Under the pieces are notes generated by a model. That model was not told the DNA's origin. It was given only the letters and a program-made list of their open reading frames with translations, and searched no databases. This document shows positions 49,245 to 64,000 of a stretch of DNA of 64,000 nt, in pieces. Numbering within the stretch: position 1 is the first letter of the stretch; the number at the start of each line of letters is the position of its first letter. Source of the DNA: Escherichia phage vB_EcoM_LMP25; the sequence record MK482688.1; one strand, given 5' to 3'. Both the position numbers and the translations under genes were made by a program.

Positions 49245-50144
49245 ATGTCACAAGCAGATTCAAGTTACAAAAATATCCTGAACCATGTTTTATCCGTTGG
49301 TGAACTGCGTACTACACGAACTGGAGATGTTATCTCTGCATTTGCTCCACCTCAGTTTCGTTTTGATATGCGAACTGGTTTCCCGCTCTTAACATCTAAA
49401 CAGGTGTTTACACGGCAAGTCATTGGGGAAGCTTTATGGTTCCTGAATGGTGAGAATAAACTTGGTGAACTCCGTTATCGCACTTGGGGTGAAAATGATG
49501 GAGAACGCTGGACTATCTGGTCAGATGATTTTAAACGCTGGTTAAGCTCTAATTATTCCTCTGAACAAGACTGGTTAGAAGATGCAGGTGGTAGAATCTA
49601 CGGGGTTCAGTGGAGAAACTTTGAAGGTCATAATGGTTGTGTTGTAGACCAGTTAGAAACCTTAGTAACGAAGATGAAAGGTGATATCACAGACCGTTAC
49701 ATGCTTGTTAATGCTTGGAATGCAGCAGATATTGCAGCAAACTCAATGGCTTTAGCACCTTGTCATGTTCTGTTTCAGATTTATATCACCAACGAAGGTG
49801 AAGTTGACTTGCAATGGTATCAACGTTCTGTAGACACCTTTTTAGGACTTCCGTTTAATATTGCATCTTATGGTTTTATTCTGGAAGTTCTTTGTAAGAT
49901 GACTGGATACACTCCACGGTACTTGATAGGTGTCTTTGGAGATACTCAGATTTATCAGAATCATATGAAGCAGGTTTATGAACTGATGAACAATGAAGAG
50001 TTCCATGCACCAACTTTTGAGATTGGTATCCCACTTAACACTTTAAGTGACCTAAAACATCTCACTGCAAGTGACTTTATCGGTGGAATTAACAACTACC
50101 AACATGCAGGAAAGATTGAAGCGCCTTTGTCAGTAGGTAAGTAA
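49245..50144 (+). CDS. thyA: thymidylate synthase
   Basis: Active-site PCH and QRSVDTFLGLPFNIASYG motifs. Confidence 0.85.
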   Translation: MSQADSSYKNILNHVLSVGELRTTRTGDVISAFAPPQFRFDMRTGFPLLTSKQVFTRQVIGEALWFLNGENKLGELRYRTWGENDGERWTIWSDDFKRWLSSNYSSEQDWLEDAGGRIYGVQWRNFEGHNGCVVDQLETLVTKMKGDITDRYMLVNAWNAADIAANSMALAPCHVLFQIYITNEGEVDLQWYQRSVDTFLGLPFNIASYGFILEVLCKMTGYTPRYLIGVFGDTQIYQNHMKQVYELMNNEEFHAPTFEIGIPLNTLSDLKHLTASDFIGGINNYQHAGKIEAPLSVGK

Positions 50145-50149
50145 AAAAC

Positions 50150-50190
50150 AAAAAAGGCTCCCGTCAAAAGGAGCCTTAAAATTTTATTTT
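50150..50190. terminator. bidirectional rho-independent terminator
   Basis: GGCTCC-cgtcaaaa-GGAGCC with A-run before and T-run after, between convergent genes. Confidence 0.6.
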
Positions 50191-50555
50191 TCAGTATTCT
50201 TTGTGTTCTTCTCAGTAATAGCTTGGAGGGCTGATACTGATTGAGCCAGATTATTTACACTGTCAGAGAATTTATCAAGAGTTTTGGTAAGTTTTGCGTT
50301 TTCGCCCTTAACATTCTCTAACTGAACTTTCTGGTTCTCCATCCCTAGCTGAATCAATCTCATGTCAGACTGTAAATCACGAATAGCTGAATAGTTACTT
50401 TTGGAATAATTATCTAGCTGCTGTAACTTTGTTGTGACAGACACTTCTTGTTTACCACTTGAAACTTGCATGGTGGTATACATCCCAATAACACTAAAAA
50501 TACCAACTACAATTGCACCAATATTATTTTTAAAAGCTTCCTCTAGCCACTTCAT
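50184..50555 (-). CDS. membrane protein with coiled-coil domain (possible lysis-associated)
   Basis: N-terminal TM GAIVVGIFSVIGMY then coiled coil. Confidence 0.45.
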   Translation of the reverse strand: MKWLEEAFKNNIGAIVVGIFSVIGMYTTMQVSSGKQEVSVTTKLQQLDNYSKSNYSAIRDLQSDMRLIQLGMENQKVQLENVKGENAKLTKTLDKFSDSVNNLAQSVSALQAITEKNTKNTEK

Positions 50556-50749
50556 TTATTCTCCCCCTTAAAAGCTTTTTCTAAGTTATCTACGAACTCA
50601 TCATCAATAGGTGTGTCTGTTTTACTCGCAAGGTATCTTGCAAGCCTAAAGAACACTTTCTCAATCATGTATTCACTTAGAAGGGATAAAATGAGTTTCC
50701 AGAAGAAGCTACCTAGATTTTTTAGAAGAATTGCTAGGATTGTAGGCAT
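50552..50749 (-). CDS. small membrane protein (possible holin-like)
   Basis: 65 aa, one hydrophobic helix, charged C-terminus. Confidence 0.35.
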   Translation of the reverse strand: MPTILAILLKNLGSFFWKLILSLLSEYMIEKVFFRLARYLASKTDTPIDDEFVDNLEKAFKGENK

Positions 50750-50828
50750 TTAATCACCTCATCAGCCAAGATGGTGAGAATACCCATAAAGAATATTAAC
50801 ACCATCTTAACAATCAGTCAACAAGGGA

Positions 50829-53213
50829 TTAAGCAGTTCTCACCCAAGCCATTAACTTGTAGAACTGGTTAGTAACACTAAATGCTGAACCAGAACCTGT
50901 ACTACCAGTGTTACCACTGACTGTGTGGCTGTGAGCACCAATACCTACAGAGTGGGAATGGTCACCAGCACCGCTTGTAGTACCAGACCATGTGTGTGTA
51001 TGGTTACCAGTTGTGTTAGTGTTAGGGAACTTGTTATCAGTTCTGTCAAGCCAGTCAAGAGTTCTTGTCTTGTTGTTACCAATAGTGGTATAACCGTACT
51101 GAGCATCACCACCATTAACCAATAGTAGACCTAAGTGGTGAGCGTGGTTACCAGCAGCACTTGTTGTACCACTTACAGAGTGAGTATGACCACCAGTACT
51201 ATTAGTGCCCTTCGTACCATAATCAAAAGATGAAGTGGTGGCAGAGAAACTGTGAGTGTGCGATGGTAAGTTACCAACAGCTAAAGTTACAGAGTCTGAA
51301 CCACCAGTTGTAGCAACATCTGAACCGTTTGCTGCTGCGATTCTGATAGTTCTACCAACACCATTGTTCAGGTACGTCCAAGTTAACCCAGGCAACGCTG
51401 TGTTAGGGTTAACATTACTGTTAAACCATGTTACAATACCAACTGGGTAGATTTTATTAAGGTCTGTAGAGTCACTAATTGCTTCTGCAATTTTCTGGTC
51501 AGTTTCAGCTTTAGTGTATGCACCAATCTCTGAAGGGTTTGGTCTCTGAGCTTCAGTGTAAACCTTAGACCATTCAGCCTCAAAACCCTGCCTATCTCTA
51601 GCTGTTCTATACCATAAACCACTATTCCTGTAATCAAACCTTAATTGTGCAGTTGGTGTTGATGCTAACGTATTAGCGAATAGGTGTAAGACTAAACGGC
51701 TTGAACCACCACCCTTGATAGTCTCTACATAAATTCCTGAAGGTTGGTTCCAAGCCACACCACCATCAGACTCCTCCACTAAAGCTCTGGATGCTGGCCA
51801 TAAGTACTTTGCATCGGTTGCAGATTTAACGTAGTATCTATCATCTAAGTTAGACCAATCAGATGGTTGTACCTGACCAGTGATTCTAACAGTTTTATTC
51901 AGTAAGAAATCACTCCCCATGTAAATGGTGGTAGCAGTCCTGTCATTGTGAATAATGAGTCTGGTCGGGTCTGCTGTTTCTCCATTCCCAATATACCACC
52001 TTCTCACATCGTCAGCATTATGGGCAGAGAGATACACCTCTTTATCCTGAATAGTATTCCTTAGTTGCAATAATGGGCCATTCTGTTTAATAACCTGTGC
52101 AGACCTGAAAGTGTTTACATCACTTAGCTTAGCAAGATTACTCAAAGTTCCTGCTGGAATATATCTAGAGTCGATGTTAGTCCAATCAGAAGGTTGAACT
52201 TGACCAGTGATTTGGACTGTTCTGCTCATGGCAATGGTGTTACCTAGTGAGATTTGTGTATTTGCTAAGTAGTTATAGATGTTTACAGTGTTTTCATCGG
52301 TATCATTACCAATATACCACTTACAAGTTCCATCTGATTTTTTTGCTTGGATATACAAAGCAGCAGTTGTATCTACATTTTGCAGAGTGATAGCATTAGC
52401 ATTCTTCTTAACAACAAAGTTAGTGAAAATATTAGAGCCACTAAAAGTATTATCACCAGCCAACTGTGCAAATTTCTGATTAGCCACTGTCTGAGTAAAA
52501 TATCTAGCATCTAAGTTAGAGAAGTCAGAAGGTTGAACTTGACCCATAACTCTTAGTGTCTTGTTAAACGATGCTGTTGCATCAAGTGTCAACATTGAAC
52601 CGGTGGCATGATTGTACAAATAAACATTAGTATTATTTGCATTTCCTTGCCCAACATACCAAGTTTGCTGGTTATTAGCATCCCTACCTTGAATATATGA
52701 AGCACCTGCATTGGTTGCTTTCTTAAGGGTTAACTGCTCACCATCAGTTACAATTGCTTGCCTAATGCTGAAGTTATTTGTAACAGCAAGCCTTGCATAT
52801 CTTGCATCATTCTCTTCATTAGTTCTCATCCCAAGTTCATTAGGACTTGGTTTATTCAGAGTATGGTAAACAGTTGCTGACCTTGAAGCATCTGCAATAG
52901 TTAGTTTAAGACCATTTGCGTTAATTTTAAAAGTCTTTAAAACATCCCCAATAGTAATCTCAGAAGAGCCTGTCGGGTTAAATACTACCTTACCACCATA
53001 AAGTAACTTAATAATCCCTAAGTCACCAGTCATAGTGCTACCAGCAATCTGAACAAATCTTTCAAGTTTAAAAGATGCTAAGAAGTCTTGATAGGTCATT
53101 CGACGGTCTTCATCACCCAGCATTTCAGGTCTCTTTTTAACTCTGACATGAAGAAGGTCATCTGAACGGATTGTGTCGATTGAGTTTAATTCACTCAATT
53201 TGTAATCTGCCAT
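50829..53213 (-). CDS. tail fibre protein (long)
   Basis: 794 aa; three internal repeats with GQVQPSD(W/F)(S/T)N(L/I)D.RY; C-terminal His-rich HxH repeats (GHTHS, NHAHH, NHTHT, DHSHS, AHSHT). Confidence 0.7.
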   Translation of the reverse strand: MADYKLSELNSIDTIRSDDLLHVRVKKRPEMLGDEDRRMTYQDFLASFKLERFVQIAGSTMTGDLGIIKLLYGGKVVFNPTGSSEITIGDVLKTFKINANGLKLTIADASRSATVYHTLNKPSPNELGMRTNEENDARYARLAVTNNFSIRQAIVTDGEQLTLKKATNAGASYIQGRDANNQQTWYVGQGNANNTNVYLYNHATGSMLTLDATASFNKTLRVMGQVQPSDFSNLDARYFTQTVANQKFAQLAGDNTFSGSNIFTNFVVKKNANAITLQNVDTTAALYIQAKKSDGTCKWYIGNDTDENTVNIYNYLANTQISLGNTIAMSRTVQITGQVQPSDWTNIDSRYIPAGTLSNLAKLSDVNTFRSAQVIKQNGPLLQLRNTIQDKEVYLSAHNADDVRRWYIGNGETADPTRLIIHNDRTATTIYMGSDFLLNKTVRITGQVQPSDWSNLDDRYYVKSATDAKYLWPASRALVEESDGGVAWNQPSGIYVETIKGGGSSRLVLHLFANTLASTPTAQLRFDYRNSGLWYRTARDRQGFEAEWSKVYTEAQRPNPSEIGAYTKAETDQKIAEAISDSTDLNKIYPVGIVTWFNSNVNPNTALPGLTWTYLNNGVGRTIRIAAANGSDVATTGGSDSVTLAVGNLPSHTHSFSATTSSFDYGTKGTNSTGGHTHSVSGTTSAAGNHAHHLGLLLVNGGDAQYGYTTIGNNKTRTLDWLDRTDNKFPNTNTTGNHTHTWSGTTSGAGDHSHSVGIGAHSHTVSGNTGSTGSGSAFSVTNQFYKLMAWVRTA

Positions 53214-53230
53214 TATATATTATCCTCTCA

Positions 53231-53248
53231 AAAGGGGCTATAAAGCCC
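53231..53248 (-). terminator. intergenic stem-loop between tail fibre genes
   Basis: AGGGGCTTTATAGCCCCT on - strand, short T-run. Confidence 0.4.
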
Positions 53249-53259
53249 CTGTAAAGAAA

Positions 53260-54447
53260 TTAAGCTGTTCTCTGCCATACATACAGTACGAAGGATGGCT
53301 GCTCAATGTTGAAAGCTTGTCCACCACCAACACTATTAGTGTTCCCGCTATGCGTATGTTCAGAAGAAGAAACTGTTACAGTACCATTGTGTGTATGTGA
53401 ACCAATACCAACTGTGTGGCTGTGAGCACCAATACCAACCGTATGGTTGTGGTTACCAGTTGTGTTAGTGGTAACACTGAAAGAGTGGCTGTGAGCACCA
53501 GCGACTTCACAGACAGCATCTGCTGAGTACCATGATTGGTCATTCCTTGAAGACCAAACCATTGCAGGTCTTTCCGATAAACCACCACCTGCTTCATAGG
53601 TCAATCTGTGGTTGTGAGCACCATCCGCATTTGTTGACCCACTACCCACATGGTTGTGGTTACCAGTCGTGTTAGTGGTCTTTGTCCCATAGTCAAAAGA
53701 GTTGGTAGTCTTAGTTCCATAATCAAAAGCTGAAATTGACACCGTTGCATTATGGGTGTGACCACCACCACTAAGAGACACAGAGTGTGAGTGTTGTGGC
53801 ATGTTATTAACTGACAAAGTGACAGTTGAAGCACCAAATACAGAGCCTGCTGGTCTTGTATCAGAGTCATAACCAACCAACGCTCTACCTTTTGAAACTA
53901 ACTCCCAAGTTCCTCCACAAATTAAATACGTAGAAGGGTTTGCAGAGTTCATGGAAAGATGGATAGTACCTACTGGATAAGAAGCCTGAACAGCCTTGTA
54001 CAAGTTATTTACTGCTCTTGCTGTAGCATACTTATCTGCATCTTCATTATAAAGGTTAGATGTTGTCCAGTTCTGAACATTACTCAATCCTACCTGTGCC
54101 TTAGTTGTATTATGTGGGTTGCTCTTGTCCTGAATATGCTGTTGAACAAGATTATTAACCTCTTCTGAAGACATAATCTGTAGATTTGCTCTTGCCTGAG
54201 CTACATTAGTAACGTCTGATAAGTTATTTGCAGCAACTAACTGAAGAGCATTGATAACGTTATCTAAACCAATTTGTGTTTTAGTAACACCATGAGGGTT
54301 ATTTCTTAGGCTTGAGTGTGGAGCAAGTAATTGCTCAAGAGTACATCTCTTATCCTCAATACCCTGCTTAAGATGGAAGATATCACTAAGGTCAATTGGT
54401 AAGGCTGCTTGAGGCAAGGCACTAATTTGAATTTCACCTACCGCCAT
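53260..54447 (-). CDS. tail fibre protein (short) with His-rich tip
   Basis: 395 aa; HSHSVS, GHTHNAT, NHNHVG, AHNHRL, AHSHSF, NHNHTV, AHSHTV, SHTHNG repeats; C-terminus similar to 50829..53213. Confidence 0.65.
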   Translation of the reverse strand: MAVGEIQISALPQAALPIDLSDIFHLKQGIEDKRCTLEQLLAPHSSLRNNPHGVTKTQIGLDNVINALQLVAANNLSDVTNVAQARANLQIMSSEEVNNLVQQHIQDKSNPHNTTKAQVGLSNVQNWTTSNLYNEDADKYATARAVNNLYKAVQASYPVGTIHLSMNSANPSTYLICGGTWELVSKGRALVGYDSDTRPAGSVFGASTVTLSVNNMPQHSHSVSLSGGGHTHNATVSISAFDYGTKTTNSFDYGTKTTNTTGNHNHVGSGSTNADGAHNHRLTYEAGGGLSERPAMVWSSRNDQSWYSADAVCEVAGAHSHSFSVTTNTTGNHNHTVGIGAHSHTVGIGSHTHNGTVTVSSSEHTHSGNTNSVGGGQAFNIEQPSFVLYVWQRTA

Positions 54448-54449
54448 TA

Positions 54450-62474
<8,025 letters not shown>

Positions 62475-62475
<1 letters not shown>

Positions 62476-62714
62476 TACATTTTTCCTGCTCTTCTAAGTT
62501 CGTTGTAAGCAATTTCCTCTTTATACGACCTCTGAATCTCAAGAAATTGTCTCAATGATAATAAATCAGAGAATGTCATAGCAAAGAGTTGGTCAAGTGT
62601 TTCTTTACACCCTTCCATACCATAAATAGCAAGCACAAATTTCATCTCGTCTGCTTCTTCATAGGTTGCCTCTACAGCAGCATCAGTCAGTGGTGTCTGT
62701 AGAGTGTTACCCAT
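62475..62714 (-). CDS. tail assembly chaperone, -1 frame extension ORF
   Basis: 79 aa ORF in -1 frame relative to upstream chaperone; frame open upstream across the slippery site. Confidence 0.55.
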
Positions 62715-62716
62715 GT

Positions 62717-63115
62717 TTACTGAGAAGTTAGGCTTTTGAAAATGCTTGCTTCGAAAAAACTTCCGAAGTTTGCCTCCAGCGCAAATGCTAAGTAATCAAT
62801 AAATTCACCATAGTTTGCTTGGAAGTATGTATCAATATTAAGTGGGAAGTCATCAACAGTTGCCCCTTGAAATAACAGGGTAGCCATTTCTTCAAGGTTA
62901 ATTTCTTCAATTCTGTCAAAACAAGCTTCAACAAGTTCTTTAAATGGAACCATTGGAGCTTCTTTCTTACCCTTGTCAGTCAGACTTGACAGCATCTGTG
63001 CAAAAGTTGGAACAACAATTTTACCCAACTTCATAGACATCTTAATACCATCTCTTGCCCCAAGCAGAACGATATTTACTTTCTTACCATTAATTACTCT
63101 AGATTCTGTTTTCAT
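62717..63115 (-). CDS. tail assembly chaperone
   Basis: 132 aa ORF between tube and tape measure; slippery heptamer near 3' end. Confidence 0.55.
   Translation of the reverse strand: MKTESRVINGKKVNIVLLGARDGIKMSMKLGKIVVPTFAQMLSSLTDKGKKEAPMVPFKELVEACFDRIEEINLEEMATLLFQGATVDDFPLNIDTYFQANYGEFIDYLAFALEANFGSFFEASIFKSLTSQ
62753..62759 (-). other. candidate -1 programmed ribosomal frameshift site (T TTT TTC)
   Basis: Heptamer in zero-frame register X XXY YYZ, 34 nt before chaperone stop; -1 frame open into 62475..62714. Confidence 0.5.
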
Positions 63116-63147
63116 TGTGATTCCTTAATACTTTTAAAAGAAACAAA

Positions 63148-63180
63148 AAAGGGGAAGACCTTTTAAAGTCTCCCCCTTAT
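63148..63180 (-). terminator. rho-independent terminator after tail tube gene
   Basis: On - strand GGGGGAGAC-tttaaaa-GGTCTTCCCC followed by TTTTTTGTTTCTTTT. Confidence 0.5.
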
Positions 63181-63188
63181 AGGATTTA

Positions 63189-63635
63189 TTAAACACTTGA
63201 CGCTGGAATTGTAGAAGTGTAGTCTAGCTTCTCACAACCAAAAATCCAAGTTTTAGAGTTCTGGTCACGACCAAGTTCAATCTGTGGTAATTCCTGCAAC
63301 CAAGCATTAATACCAGTTGCCAGAACAGAGCCTGATGGGTCGTAGATTACGAAGTTAGAAGAGATATCTTCTTCAAGTTCCATATTGTCTTGTTTAGCTT
63401 GAATTGCAGAAAGCATCTGGTTAGAGAGAGAAGTCTGCATTAACTCAATCTCAATAGTACCTGTCTTGTCTGCATTTCTTGTCAGAGCAACCTGACCACC
63501 TGCACCAACAACTGGTGTCACAAGTGGTGATGTTCTCTGTAGACGCAAGAATGAGTCTGGAGCAAAGCCTTCAATAGCAATGCCGTTCCAGCTACATACA
63601 ACGTCTTTAGGGGAATATTGCTGATACATAGCCAT
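63189..63635 (-). CDS. tail tube protein (putative)
   Basis: 148 aa, between sheath-like partial ORF and chaperones. Confidence 0.45.
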   Translation of the reverse strand: MAMYQQYSPKDVVCSWNGIAIEGFAPDSFLRLQRTSPLVTPVVGAGGQVALTRNADKTGTIEIELMQTSLSNQMLSAIQAKQDNMELEEDISSNFVIYDPSGSVLATGINAWLQELPQIELGRDQNSKTWIFGCEKLDYTSTIPASSV

Positions 63636-63650
63636 TCCAATTTACCTCTA

Positions 63651-64000
63651 TTATTCGTAAGCCACTGTACCTTTCAAGTCAACATCCAAGATAGCCCCTG
63701 CTAAGATACCTGCGAAGGTAACGTCTTTCAGGATACGTGCTTTCTTGTCTGCCAAAGCAACTTGAGAGGCTTTAGGAACATTAACTGTGTAAGATGACAG
63801 GAAGTTTCTGTTGACTGCTCTTTGCAGAGAGGTTTCAATGACTTGACGAATACGGGTAATACCAGTATCATCATAAGTAATCTTACCACCCTTCTGGTTA
63901 ATTAGCAAGTCTCTCAGAGAAGTTTTCAGGTCTGATTCTAACCAGTCAACACCACGGACGATATCAATCCATTCCCCACCAGAAGTAATCCCTCTACGAA
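63651..64000 (-). CDS. tail sheath protein, C-terminal part (5' end outside window)
   Basis: Frame stays open from 63908 to the window edge; track start at 63908 is TTG. Confidence 0.4.
   Translation of the reverse strand, partial: RRGITSGGEWIDIVRGVDWLESDLKTSLRDLLINQKGGKITYDDTGITRIRQVIETSLQRAVNRNFLSSYTVNVPKASQVALADKKARILKDVTFAGILAGAILDVDLKGTVAYE

Overview
This 64 kb window reads as part of a lytic, tailed (myovirus-type) phage genome, AT-rich, in four strand blocks: two + strand genes (1-1149), a long - strand block (2798-38800), a + strand block (39058-50144) and a - strand tail block (50184 to the window end). Recognisable content includes a 15-gene array of small early-type genes each preceded by a conserved promoter/stem-loop/leader cassette, rIIA/rIIB-like genes, a NAMPT-like plus PRPP-synthetase-like gene pair, aerobic and anaerobic ribonucleotide reductases, a replication module, DHFR and thymidylate synthase, and a contractile-tail module with a candidate -1 frameshift in the tail chaperone. 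The strongest candidate for a novel system is the NAMPT-like/Prs-like pair (possible NAD+ reconstitution counter-defence), followed by a macro-domain protein and several ORF-free repeat regions. The gene content resembles Felix O1-like or T4-like enterobacterial phages, but that is inference from motifs only. No tRNA, CRISPR array or integrase was seen. All calls rest on reading the sequence and ORF track; no searches were run, and several ORF-track N-termini that used TTG/GTG were moved to the nearest ATG with a Shine-Dalgarno sequence.
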